Below, piece by piece: positions 28,427-38,604 of a DNA stretch of 64,000 nt. Both the position numbers and the translations under genes were made by a program. This stretch comes from an uncultured Acidobacteriota bacterium (GTDB lineage: Bacteria > Acidobacteriota > Thermoanaerobaculia > Gp7-AA8). A model generated the notes under the pieces. That model ran no database searches, was not told the origin of the DNA, and saw only the letters and a program-made list of their open reading frames with translations. The DNA is taken from NCBI GenBank assembly GCA_963734155.1, contig CAVTGG010000009.1, positions 15,871 to 79,870 of the forward strand. Reading direction: 5' to 3'. The stretch's first letter is position 1. Every line of letters begins with the position of its first letter.

Positions 28427-28774
28427 ATGAGCGGGCGAGTGACGCGGATAGTTGTCTTACTGACCGGCATGACTTTGCTAGCCGCGAGGGCTACCGCGCC
28501 CACGCCGGCGCCGCCGCTCGCTGCGCATCTCGATCTTTGCCGCCAGCCGGTTGCACAAGAGCATGTGCAGCCCCTCCCGTGCTTCTCCGAGTCTTCCTTC
28601 GCCGGCGTCCGGCATGTCGAGGTTCCCACCCCACCGACCGAGCTACGCGCGTACGACGTCGTGGGCTACGACCCCGGGCAAAGGGGCGTGTTCACACGTA
28701 CTCGTAGCGGAAAACTCGCATCAGGGGTTCGCGTCTTCGGTGGAAAGAGCAACATCAACGGAGAGACGAGTTAG
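28427..28774 (+). CDS. Hypothetical protein with possible signal peptide
   Basis: Hydrophobic N-terminus IVVLLTGMTLLAARA; no recognisable family. Confidence 0.35.
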   Translation: MSGRVTRIVVLLTGMTLLAARATAPTPAPPLAAHLDLCRQPVAQEHVQPLPCFSESSFAGVRHVEVPTPPTELRAYDVVGYDPGQRGVFTRTRSGKLASGVRVFGGKSNINGETS

Positions 28775-28783
28775 CCGAAAAAG

Positions 28784-29290
28784 TGTGGTGAGGAGTGGGG
28801 AGCCAGGCTCTCCCGTTCCAAGACCCCGGCATGGGGTTGGTATATGCGAGGCAAGGTAGTATTCCCCCCGACTACAGGTGCTTCCTGACACCAGATCCCG
28901 TCGGATACCGCGACAGCTCAAATCTCTGCGCCTTCGGAGCAGGCGATTCGATCAACAATCGCGATCCACTGGGAACGTTCATTCTCATTAATCCGAATGC
29001 GGTCAGCGACGCTTGGAAGGAGACCAAGCGCGCCGTCAAAACGTCGCAATCGGTGCGCGCAATCGAGCGGTCCAGGTAGCGAATTTCATCTCTACAACTT
29101 CGGAAGCCCAGAAATACAGGCGGGCATTCAAGACGATATCCGCGAGACGGTTGAAGTGCGCAGGATCCTGGCTACGGCGGATCGCCAGATATTCGTCTCC
29201 TCCGGCACAAGGGGTGATGAAATTCGAGAAGGCATTAAACGATTTGCCAATAGCCCAAGGACATTCAACAGCAGAAAATTGGCGGTCTGA
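28784..29290 (+). pseudogene. Degenerate orphan Rhs core plus C-terminal tip
   Basis: QALPFQDPGMGLVYAR..FLTPDPVGYRDSSNL.AF...D.IN.RDPLG aligns by eye with 26001-26190; the tip is broken by a frameshift and stop. Confidence 0.8.
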
Positions 29291-29372
29291 CCGTCGACAT
29301 TACGTTGGCGGCGGCACCCGGTGCGAAAGGCGTCATTTGTACGCCAGTGACCCCACCCACACCTGTGCCCAT

Positions 29373-29717
29373 ATGGCAGGACTACTTGGCTGCCGCTCGC
29401 GAACGTTCGTGGTGACCTCCAGCCTCGCCGAATCGATCACGAAGTTCTCTTTGAGCGGAGCGGAGTTTTTGCCCGTGAAGATCACAAAATCGGATTTCTT
29501 CATTGAGGCGCATGACCGTGACTTGCCACCATTCGTTCGGTTTGTGCCGACGGGTCGTGTCGTCGTGGATTCAGCAGGGCTCGTTCAATCTTGGACCGGC
29601 GAAGACTTCAATCTAGCGCAGCGGGCGGAACTCATCGTGACCGATAAGGCACTGACCGTGCTCCGACGTCATCGAATAGGTCATTGTGAGATCACGCTGC
29701 TGCCTCCGGTGGAGTAG
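29373..29717 (+). CDS. Probable orphan immunity-type protein (5' end degraded)
   Basis: Follows the orphan Rhs tip; FVVTSSLAESI..LSGAEF..LIVTDKAL.VL resembles Rhs-linked immunity-like proteins (recollection, not a search). Confidence 0.45.
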   Translation: MAGLLGCRSRTFVVTSSLAESITKFSLSGAEFLPVKITKSDFFIEAHDRDLPPFVRFVPTGRVVVDSAGLVQSWTGEDFNLAQRAELIVTDKALTVLRRHRIGHCEITLLPPVE

Positions 29718-29771
29718 GGGCAGTCAGCGATCGGGTCAAGCGGAACGCTCTTCCAAGTTGAATCCTTTTCG

Positions 29772-29981
29772 CTAACGTCTGCGATCCTTGAACTTTGTCA
29801 GCAGCCATTCCAGAACCGCGAAGCCGATAGTCTCGCCAGCTTGACAAAGAGTTCGAGTGTCGGAGAGGAAGTTGGCTTCGTTGCGTCGCAGCTGAGCGAT
29901 GCGTCTTAATTCTTTCGCCAGATCCATCTGTGTGAAGCCCCACGCTTTGCGAAATCGTGTGAGATTCTCAGCGATGGCCAT
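29772..29981 (-). pseudogene. XRE-family HTH regulator remnant
   Basis: IAENLTRFRKAWGFTQMDLAKEL is a typical XRE start; the rest is short and divergent. Confidence 0.55.
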
Positions 29982-30150
29982 CAGATCGTTCCCGTTTACG
30001 GAACGAATCCAACTCCGTGCGATGCCCGATTGAGCTGGCACTGCATCGAGCGCTACCTCGAGCAATCCCCGCGATGACTTCAAACAATCGGCACCAAGCG
30101 CCCCTCCCCCACCCCGGTTATCATTACCCCACCCCTCCCGGGGGATCGGC

Positions 30151-31281
30151 ATGCCAGAGAAGGCGATACTGCAAGGGGATCTGTCGAAGATTCAGTTGCC
30201 GGATGTTTTGAGCTTCGTCGCGATGATTCGCGAGACGGGGAAGCTTGTGCTTCGGCGGGCGGAGTTGGAGCGGACGATCCACTGGAACAGTGGGGAGATC
30301 GTGTTTGCGAGCTCCAACTCGCCGGAGCATTCGCTCGGGCAGTTTCTGCTGCGCAACGGGAAGATCACGGCGTCGCAGTATGAGGAGTCGAAGCGGCGGG
30401 TGACGCCGCAGTTGCGGCACGGGAAGATCCTCGTGCAGATGGGGGCGCTCTCGCCGAAGGATCTCTGGTGGGGGGTCAAGAATCAGGTGCTGGAGATTCT
30501 GTACGGGCTGTTCGGGTGGAAGGACGGCGAGTTCGCGTTTTATGACTCCGCGGACGAGCTGGCGCACGAGCGGATCATGCTCCACCTCAACACCTCCAGC
30601 GTCATCATGGAGGGCATTCGCCGGCTCGATGAGTCGGCGCGGATTCGCGAGAAGATTCCGAGCCTCGATCTCGTGTTCGCGAAGATTCCGGGTGCTGCGC
30701 CGGATTTTCGTGCGCTTGATTTGAACGACGCCGAGATCGCGATCTACCAGGACATCGACGGTATCCGCAACGTGCGCGAGCTCACCGGGCGTTCCGATCT
30801 CACGCAGTTCGAAGTCGCGCGCATTCTCTTTCAGCTCCTCTCCGCGCGGCTCGTCGAAGGCGTGCCCGAAGAGAAGACCTTCCGGCCGGTCTTCCTCGAC
30901 GTCGAAGACTCGCCGGAGCTGCTCAAGATCATCTCCACCTACAACGACATGTTCGGACGGCTCTTCGAAACGCTCGAGAAGAGCGTCGGTGAAGAGCAGG
31001 CGCGCGAGATCTTCATGAGCATCCTCCAGAACGCGGAGACCGACGAGCTGTGGGCGGGCGTGTTCTTCGATCAGTACGGCCGCTTCGACGAGAACATGCT
31101 CATCGCCAACATCTCCGAGCTGCCGTTCGAGCGCCGCAAGGCGGTGCTCGACGAAGGGCTGAATACGCTGCTCTCCGTCCAGCTCTTCGAAGTCTCGCAG
31201 CACCTCGATCAGGCGGGCAAGGTCGACGTCTTCCGGTTCATCTCCGATCAGAAGGCGTCGCTGGAAAAAGCGACGGCCTGA
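30151..31281 (+). CDS. DUF4388 (PATAN-like) domain protein
   Basis: LQGDLSKIQLPDVLSFV..TGKL..GEIVFASS..LGQFL..LFGWKDGEFAF..VIMEGIRRLDE. Confidence 0.85.
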   Translation: MPEKAILQGDLSKIQLPDVLSFVAMIRETGKLVLRRAELERTIHWNSGEIVFASSNSPEHSLGQFLLRNGKITASQYEESKRRVTPQLRHGKILVQMGALSPKDLWWGVKNQVLEILYGLFGWKDGEFAFYDSADELAHERIMLHLNTSSVIMEGIRRLDESARIREKIPSLDLVFAKIPGAAPDFRALDLNDAEIAIYQDIDGIRNVRELTGRSDLTQFEVARILFQLLSARLVEGVPEEKTFRPVFLDVEDSPELLKIISTYNDMFGRLFETLEKSVGEEQAREIFMSILQNAETDELWAGVFFDQYGRFDENMLIANISELPFERRKAVLDEGLNTLLSVQLFEVSQHLDQAGKVDVFRFISDQKASLEKATA

Positions 31282-31297
31282 TATCCTCGCGCGCGGC

Positions 31298-32092
31298 ATG
31301 TGGCCCACACTCGTCAAAGTCGGCAACTTCGAGATCACGACCTTCGGGCTGATGATGTTCCTCGCGTTCATCGTTGCCGGCTGGATGCTCGCGCGGCAGT
31401 TCCGGCGCTACGGTCTCGCGGAGGATCTGGCGTCGTCGATGGTCGTCGCGGGGGCGATCGGCGGGATCGTCGGAGCGAAGATCTACTACGCGATTCTCTT
31501 CCGCGACTGGCATCTGCTCTTCGACCGCGCGGGCCTGGTCTGGTACGGCGGATTGATCGGCGGATTTCTCGCCTGCAGCTGGTTGATCTGGCGGCGGCGC
31601 GTCGACTATCTCGTCGCCGCCGACGCAACAGCACCCGCGCTGGCGATCGGCTACGCCATCGGCCGCATCGGGTGCTTTCTCGTCGGCGATGACTACGGCC
31701 GCCCGACGAGCTCGTGGATCGGCGTCGCGTTTCCGAAAGGTGCGCCGCCGACGACCGCGTACGAGCTGCGCCGGTTCGGCGCCGCCGTCGATCCGTCGAT
31801 TCCGCCCGACACGCTCCTGCGCGTGCATCCGACGCAGCTCTATGAGTCCGCAGCCGCGTTCGCGATGTTCGCGATCCTGATGTGGATGAACCGCCGCGAG
31901 CATCCGCGCGGGCGGGTCTGGGGCATGTTCCTGATCCTCCTCGGCATCGAGCGTTTCCTCGTGGAGATCGTCCGCGCGAAGGACGACCGTTTCCTCGGAC
32001 CATTCACCATCGCCCAGCTGATCTCCGTCCTGCTCATCATTGCCGGCAGCGTCTGGGCGCTGCGGCGCGGGCGCGAAGTCGTCGCGGCCTGA
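31298..32092 (+). CDS. lgt: Prolipoprotein diacylglyceryl transferase
   Basis: WYGGLIGG, IGRIGCFLVGDDYG, HPTQLYE, RFLVEIVR. Confidence 0.93.
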   Translation: MWPTLVKVGNFEITTFGLMMFLAFIVAGWMLARQFRRYGLAEDLASSMVVAGAIGGIVGAKIYYAILFRDWHLLFDRAGLVWYGGLIGGFLACSWLIWRRRVDYLVAADATAPALAIGYAIGRIGCFLVGDDYGRPTSSWIGVAFPKGAPPTTAYELRRFGAAVDPSIPPDTLLRVHPTQLYESAAAFAMFAILMWMNRREHPRGRVWGMFLILLGIERFLVEIVRAKDDRFLGPFTIAQLISVLLIIAGSVWALRRGREVVAA

Positions 32093-32096
32093 CACC

Positions 32097-33269
32097 ATGG
32101 CGCGCTTCACCTTCACGTCCGCCGGCGAGTCGCACGGGCCGCAGCTCACGGTCCTCGTGCAGGGCGTGCCGGCCGGCGTGACACTGCATCGCGAGGCGAT
32201 CGATCGCGATCTGAAACGGCGCCAGCATGGCTACGGCCGCGGCGGGCGGATGACGATCGAGAGCGATGAGGCGGAGATCACGGCCGGCGTTCGCGGCGGC
32301 GAGACGCTCGGCTCGCCGATCGCGATCACGATCCGCAATCGCGATTTCGAGAACTGGCGCGGCGCGATGGATCCGTGGGAGCTCGACGACGCGGAGGCGC
32401 ACAAGCGCCGCGTGCATGCGCCGCGGCCCGGCCACGTCGATCTTCCCGGCGGGATGAAATACAACCGCCGCGATCTGCGCGACATCCTCGAGCGCGCGTC
32501 GGCACGCGAGACCGCATCGCGCGTCGCCGCGGGCGCGATCGCGAAGGAGTTGCTGCGCGCGTTCGGCATCGAGATCCGATCGGGCGTCGTGTCGGTCGGC
32601 GATGCGGGCGATCCCGAGGCGTCGCCGGATTGGGATCAGCTCGGGAACGTCGACGATGAATCGCCGTTGCGCGCCGTGAACCGAGAGCATGAGCCGGCGA
32701 TGATCGCCGCGGTGGACAAAGCAAAAGAAGCAGGCGAAACGCTCGGCGGCACGATCGTCATCGCCGCGCGCGGCGTTCCGATCGGACTCGGCTCGTACGT
32801 GCAGTGGAGCGAGAAGCTCGACGGACGAATCGGACAAGCGATTCTCTCGATTCATGCGGTGAAGGCAGTCGCGATCGGCGATGGCGTCGCGGCGTCGCGA
32901 AACCTCGGATCCGAAGTGCACGACGCGATCTACTTCGACGACGAGCGCCGTTATCACCGAACGACGAATCGCGCGGGCGGGCTGGAAGGTGGTGTGACGA
33001 ACGGACAGGACGTGATCGTGCGCGCGTTCATGAAGCCGATCTCGACGCTGCGCCGCGGGCTTCCATCCGTCGACACCGAAACGCGCGAGGCGCATCGCTC
33101 GCAGTGGGAGCGCAGCGACGTCACCGCGGTTCCGGCCTGCGGCGTCGTTTGCGAGGCGATGCTCGCCATCGCCCTCGCCGACGCGATGCGCGAGAAGTTC
33201 GGCGGCGATTCCCTCAGTGAGATGCGGCGCAATTACGAGGCGTACATCGATGAGCTCCGGAACTTTTAG
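32097..33269 (+). CDS. aroC: Chorismate synthase
   Basis: AGESHG, RRQHGYGRGGRM, PRPGHVD, ERASARET, MKPISTL, ERSD. Confidence 0.97.
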   Translation: MARFTFTSAGESHGPQLTVLVQGVPAGVTLHREAIDRDLKRRQHGYGRGGRMTIESDEAEITAGVRGGETLGSPIAITIRNRDFENWRGAMDPWELDDAEAHKRRVHAPRPGHVDLPGGMKYNRRDLRDILERASARETASRVAAGAIAKELLRAFGIEIRSGVVSVGDAGDPEASPDWDQLGNVDDESPLRAVNREHEPAMIAAVDKAKEAGETLGGTIVIAARGVPIGLGSYVQWSEKLDGRIGQAILSIHAVKAVAIGDGVAASRNLGSEVHDAIYFDDERRYHRTTNRAGGLEGGVTNGQDVIVRAFMKPISTLRRGLPSVDTETREAHRSQWERSDVTAVPACGVVCEAMLAIALADAMREKFGGDSLSEMRRNYEAYIDELRNF

Positions 33270-34377
33270 AGAGCTGTTTCCGGTCACGCGGAATCTCATC
33301 TACTTCAACCACGCGTCCGTCGGTCCGCTGTCGATCCGCGCCGCGGAGGCGATGCAGCAGTTCGTGCGCGACCAGCGCGATTACGGCGCACTGCATTGGA
33401 AGAAGTGGTACGCGGAGGACGCGAGGTATCGGGAGTCGGCGGCGAAGCTGATCGGCGCGCAGGCCGAGGAGATCGCCATCCTCAAGAACACCTCGGAAGG
33501 GTTGTCGTTTGTCGCGCAAGGCATCCGCTGGCGCGAAGGAGACAACGTCGTCACCACGGCGCTCGAGTTCTCGTCCAACTGGACGCCGTGGAAACGGCTC
33601 GAGCCACGAGGCGTGGAATGTCGCATTGCAAGGTCGTTCGATGCTAGCGACATCGAGGCGCTGATCGACGACCGCACCCGCGTCGTCACCGTGTCGGCCG
33701 TCGCGTTTCACAACGGCGCCGTCGCCGATCTCGAGGCCATCGGCGAGCTCTGCGCGAGACGCAACGTGCGCTTCTGCGTCGACGCCATTCAGGCCCTCGG
33801 CGTGCTGCCGATCGACGTGCAAAAGGCGAAGGTCGACTTCCTCGCCGCGGACGGACACAAATGGACCTGCGGTCCCGAAAGCTGCGCGATTTTCTACGTC
33901 GCCCGAGAGCGGCGCAACGAATTGGAGGTCCTCGAGACCGGCTGGACGAACGTCGACCGGCAGGGAAAGTTCATCGAATGCTCGGTCGAACTGCTGCCCG
34001 ATGCGCGGCGTTTCGAGGCGGGGTCGCTGAACACCGCCGGCGTCTACGGCATGCGCGCGGCGATGGATCTCGCGCTGGAGATCGGCATCGAGACGATTCG
34101 CGAACATGCGTTGCGCGTGGCGACGCTCCTAGCCGACGGCCTCGAATCGATCGGCTGGACCGTGGCCTCGCCGCGTCCGATCCGCTCTCCGATCATTGGA
34201 GCGACTCCACCAAATGTAGAACAATCGATCCGCTGGGTTCACGGAGAGATCGAGAAACAAGGGATCGTGACCGCGCCGCGCGAAGGCCTGCTGCGGTTTT
34301 CGCCGCATTACTACAACGATGAAGGAGAAGTCGCGCGCGTCGTCGACGCATTGCGCGCGTTATCATCTTCTTCATGA
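33250..34377 (+). CDS. Class-V PLP-dependent aminotransferase / cysteine desulfurase-like protein
   Basis: YFNHASVGP, NTSEGL, VDAIQALG, DGHKWTCGP, LRFSPHYYN. Confidence 0.9.
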   Translation: MSSGTFRELFPVTRNLIYFNHASVGPLSIRAAEAMQQFVRDQRDYGALHWKKWYAEDARYRESAAKLIGAQAEEIAILKNTSEGLSFVAQGIRWREGDNVVTTALEFSSNWTPWKRLEPRGVECRIARSFDASDIEALIDDRTRVVTVSAVAFHNGAVADLEAIGELCARRNVRFCVDAIQALGVLPIDVQKAKVDFLAADGHKWTCGPESCAIFYVARERRNELEVLETGWTNVDRQGKFIECSVELLPDARRFEAGSLNTAGVYGMRAAMDLALEIGIETIREHALRVATLLADGLESIGWTVASPRPIRSPIIGATPPNVEQSIRWVHGEIEKQGIVTAPREGLLRFSPHYYNDEGEVARVVDALRALSSSS

Positions 34378-35684
34378 CGATCACAGCGTTGTTTCTCGTC
34401 GTGATCGCGCTCGTCATCGGCGCGATCGCAGGGTGGGTGGTTGGGAGCGCGAGAAAGAGCGCGGCGGCGCAGCGTGCATTGGCCGAGCGTGATCTCGCGG
34501 TTCGCGAGCGCGAGCGCAGCGAAGGCGCGCGTGCGGAGATGCAGCGCCGGCTCGAAGTGGCGCAGCAGGCGCGCGCCGTTGCCGAGAGTCACGCCGCGAA
34601 CGTGCAGAAGATCGAGGACACGTTCACGGCGCTCGCGCAGAAGGCATTCAAGGAAGTCAGCGAGTCGCTCGTGCACTCGAACCGCACGCAGGTCGGCGGC
34701 ACGCTCGACACGATGCTCGCGCCGGTGAAGGAGATGCTCGACGCGTATCGCGGCGAGATCGTGAAGAGCGAGCAGGCGCGCAACACGAGCTACGGCGGAT
34801 TGCAGGAGCAGATCCGCGCGCTGCAGAAGATGCAGGAGTCGGCGCAGCGCGAGGCGTCGCGGCTCGCGAACGCGCTGCAGTCGCCGACGGTGCAGGGCTC
34901 GTGGGGCGAGATGTCGCTCAAGCGCTGCATCGAGATCGCGGGCATGAGCGAGTACTGCCACGACTTCGACACGCAGCACACGTTCCTCACCGACGAAGGG
35001 CGCCGGCTGCGTCCCGACATCGTGGTGAACCTGCCGAACCAGCGCGTGATCGCCGTCGACGCCAAGGCGCCGCTGACCGAGTACATCGCCGCGTGCAACG
35101 AGCCCGACGAGACGCGCAAGCGCGCACTCCTCGAGCAGCATGCGAAGAACATACGGCGGCACATCGACGCGCTGGCGAAGCGCGAGTATCAGGAGAGCAT
35201 CGGCGAGACGCTCGACTTCGCGGTGATGTTCATCCCCGGCGAGCACTTCCTCGCCGCGGCGCTGGCGACCGATCTCGGCCTCCTCGAGTACGCCGCGGCG
35301 CGAAAGATTTTCCTAGCGTCGCCGACCGTGCTCTTGCCGTTGCTGCGCGCGGTGGCGGCGAGCTGGAAAGCGGAGAAGACCGAGGAGAACGCGAAGCGGA
35401 TGCATGACGCGGCGGTGGAGTTGTTCAACCGCTTCGTGAAGGTGATGGATCATCTCCGCGAAGTCGGCGCGCGCCTCGGCAAGACGGTCGAGAAGTACAA
35501 CGAGACCATCCGCTCCATCGACGCGCGCCTCTGGCCGAAAGGTGAGGAGTTGCAGCAGCTCGCCGGCGTCGGCAAAGGAATGGACGCGCTCGAACAGATC
35601 GAGGCCGTGCCGCTGGAATCGTCGAAACTGCGCTTGACGATGCAGTCCGAAGAGCCGGGCATCGTCATTCCGATGCGCGAGTAG
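34374..35684 (+). CDS. rmuC: DNA recombination protein RmuC
   Basis: N-terminal TM helix and coiled coil; GSWGEMSL, LRPDIVVNLP, VDAKAPL, DFAVMFIPGE, ASPTVL. Confidence 0.93.
   Translation: MTITALFLVVIALVIGAIAGWVVGSARKSAAAQRALAERDLAVRERERSEGARAEMQRRLEVAQQARAVAESHAANVQKIEDTFTALAQKAFKEVSESLVHSNRTQVGGTLDTMLAPVKEMLDAYRGEIVKSEQARNTSYGGLQEQIRALQKMQESAQREASRLANALQSPTVQGSWGEMSLKRCIEIAGMSEYCHDFDTQHTFLTDEGRRLRPDIVVNLPNQRVIAVDAKAPLTEYIAACNEPDETRKRALLEQHAKNIRRHIDALAKREYQESIGETLDFAVMFIPGEHFLAAALATDLGLLEYAAARKIFLASPTVLLPLLRAVAASWKAEKTEENAKRMHDAAVELFNRFVKVMDHLREVGARLGKTVEKYNETIRSIDARLWPKGEELQQLAGVGKGMDALEQIEAVPLESSKLRLTMQSEEPGIVIPMRE
35661..35682 (+). repeat. Left direct repeat of island (rmuC 3' end)
   Basis: ATCGTCATTCCGATGCGCGAGT, 20/22 identical to 46545-46566. 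Confidence 0.85.
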
Positions 35685-37732
35685 ACGGCAGCGATTGCGC
35701 CAACGGCACCGAGGCGCACACGATGAACGTTCCGGCAGTAGTGAGCTCGGTGGTCAGCTCGCCGCCGGCCGATGCGATTCTGCGGCGGACGAAGCTCAGG
35801 CCGCGGCCGGACCTCATCCAGCTCGGGCGAGTCTCGATCTCGTTCCAGAGCGTGACGGCCACGAGGTTCCTCCTTTTTCTGACCGTGAGGCCGATGGACG
35901 TCCGGCCGACATTGCAGGCCACACCGTGTTTGAACGCATTTTCGAGGAGCGGCTGCAACACCAGCCGGGGAACGATCGCGTCCGCGCAACCGGCGGACAT
36001 GTCCCACGCTCCGATGCGCAGGCGATCGCTGAAGCGCATGCTCTGCACCGCGAGATAGTCGGCAGCCAGGTCGAGCTCCTGTCGCATCGTCCAGCGCTCC
36101 ATGCCCGCGGATGCCACCGTTTTCTCGACCAGGCCGGAGAGCCGCCGGCACACGGCGGCGGCCGAAGGCGGATCGGTGTCGATCAGCGAGGCGATCAGGG
36201 TGAGGGCATTGAACAGGAAGTGCGGATGAAACCGGGCCTCGATCTCCCGTGATTCCGCCAGTGCGGCGTCGTCCCGCAATCGAGCGGCTTCACGGTTCCG
36301 GGCGAGGAGAACGCGGGCGAGAGCGTGGGCGAACGTCATCGCCGTCAACGCAAAGCCGATGAGCAGGTTTCGGATCAGGATGAAAAACGAGTCGTACAGC
36401 ATCAGAATCGGCTCAGGAGAGCTGATGTCCGCGAGGACCAGAATGAGCTGGACGACGATGCTGACGGCCAGGGCGGCGGCGACGCTGACGGTTGCCGCTC
36501 CGAGGATGGCCAGGCTCAACTTCCATTGCGTCATCCTGGCGGACGTCCAGGCCACGAGCATCCCGGCCGGAATCCATACGAAAAACGAGATGACGCGGGA
36601 CATCGGCAGAATCGCACTGAGCTCCGCGGTGCGAGCATCCCAGAGAATGCTCGTGATTCCATAACCGAGAACCATCATCATCAGAGTCGCGGTCAGCGAG
36701 CGCGACTCACGCGGATCGACGTCGTGGCTCGCGGCTGGCGTGGAGGGGGGAGGCGGCGGCGGGATGGGGATCTCGGCACTCGTGTCGTCGATTCGCGAGG
36801 TCGCCGATTCCGGCGTGGATTCCGACGTCGACAGGGTCTGACAGAGTGCGTCCACGAACTCATTTGCGCGCGGACCGGCGGCGCGGATGCGAATGAGCTG
36901 CTGTGCGCCGCCGGAAGACGCGGTGATTTCGATCGATGAGGGGCGAAATGCCGTGGCCGCCGCCTCGATCGCGGCGGTCAAGTCCTCGTGGTCGCCTTGC
37001 AGAGCGGCGACGGTTCGATCAATGACCAGGTCGGTGCCGACGCGCTGCAGTACGAGCGCCGCGCGTAATGAGCGGAGATCCGAATGGATGGACCGGCTGG
37101 CCGTCGAGCCGCGGAGCAGAAGCCGTGAGTAGCGAGCCAGCTGGTGCAGCAGGCGGTCGGCGGCCTTCGGATCGGCAGCGAGCGTGAGCTCGATTCTGCG
37201 CAGCGTTGCCACAATGGTTGCCGGGCGATATCGCTTTTCCAGGAGAAGGCGCGTTCGCCGCACCTCCTTCGACTCCAGCTCCTGGCGCACTGCCTCGACC
37301 GCCGCCGACGCCCGATACCATTGCAGTGCGCGGACAATGCCGACGGATGTCGAATAGACGATGATCGCGCCCGGGATATTCGCCAGAAACAATTCGTAGA
37401 GCGGCTCAGCGTCCGCGGGAACCGTTCGCCGTGAAGATCAACCGCCAGGCAGCCGAGAATCCTCCCGATACGATGATGTAGAGCAGTGCGCAGATGACGT
37501 GCGTCACGCCCCGGCGCGACCGATTCCATCGAGCCGAGAGTTGAAGGACGTCCATCAGGAACGGAAGGGGCAGGAGAAGCGTAGTGGTGAGGCCCAGCGT
37601 TCCGACGAGCATCGAGGCGTCGCGAGGAGCGCCGGCGATCCGCAGCAGGATGAGGACGCCGGCGCGGGAGCCGATCATGGCCGCCGCAATTGCGCCGGCG
37701 ATCATCCACCGCTCGGATGTCGACACGGTCAT
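35665..37732 (-). CDS. LytS/YehU-type sensor histidine kinase with duplicated membrane+kinase modules (frameshift ~37418)
   Basis: ORFs 37406..37732 and 35665..37392 join by removing one base (FTANGS-ADAEPLYELFLAN). H-box RFHPHFLFNAL; N-box LQPLLENAFKHG; GRGLSFVRRR. Confidence 0.85.
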
Positions 37733-37747
37733 CAGTCGAACCGGCGG

Positions 37748-38506
37748 CTATGCAGATGCGATCCCGGCCAGTGGCTCGTCCTGCGCGCTCGGCAGAACGA
37801 AAAGGCCGAGCTTTTCACGGTAAACCCGGCTGAGGGGCACGGTCCTGCCGTGGTCGAAGACGACCTGATAGTCGCCGTGCGTCAGGGCGACGAGCTCCCG
37901 CACGCGCGAGAGATTGACGATGTGCGAGCGGTGGGTGCGGGCGAACAGCTCGGGGTCGAGCCGGCTCTCCAGCGCGGAAAGAGAAGCGCGGATGCAATGG
38001 GTCGCGGCGGTCGTTCGAATCTTGGCGTAATTTCCGAGCCCTTCAATGGACACGATGTCCGCGACTCTCAACTGGAGGAGACGGTCGCCGTCCTTCACGA
38101 AGAGCCGGTGCAGATAATGGAGCGAGGCCGGTTTTTTTCCGCGCGCTTCGAGCACTCTCCGCAGCCGGTTGACCGCGCGCTCACAGCGAGATCGCTCGGG
38201 AGGCTTCAGGATGTAATCGACCGGTCCGAAATCGTACGCTTCGGCGGCATAACGCTCATGGGCGGTCACAATGACGAACGGATAGCCTGCCAGTTCCATG
38301 TCGCGGGCCAGGCTCAATCCGCTCTCCTTCGGCATTTCGATGTCGATGAACAGCGCGTCCGGACGAAGGCGCGCGACGGCGATCCGCGCCTCCTCGGAGT
38401 TCCCGCACTCCGCGACCACCTCGATCCCCAAACGGGGCTCGAGGAGCCGCCGAAGGCAGGACCGGGCATGAGGCTCGTCGTCCACGATCGCAATGCGCAT
38501 CCGCAT
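37748..38506 (-). CDS. LytR/AlgR-family (LytTR) response regulator
   Basis: IVDDEPHAR, FIDIEMP, VTAH..YA.EAY, DYILKP, F.RTHRSHIVN, PLSR.Y. Confidence 0.93.
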   Translation of the reverse strand: MRMRIAIVDDEPHARSCLRRLLEPRLGIEVVAECGNSEEARIAVARLRPDALFIDIEMPKESGLSLARDMELAGYPFVIVTAHERYAAEAYDFGPVDYILKPPERSRCERAVNRLRRVLEARGKKPASLHYLHRLFVKDGDRLLQLRVADIVSIEGLGNYAKIRTTAATHCIRASLSALESRLDPELFARTHRSHIVNLSRVRELVALTHGDYQVVFDHGRTVPLSRVYREKLGLFVLPSAQDEPLAGIASA

Positions 38507-38604
38507 CCCCCCGCGGATCCGACAATAACTCCGAACGGACGGCGGCCGCTGCAACAACGTGGCAACCAATCGGTAACTGCAATTTGACCGCGTTTCGCGC
38601 ACGA

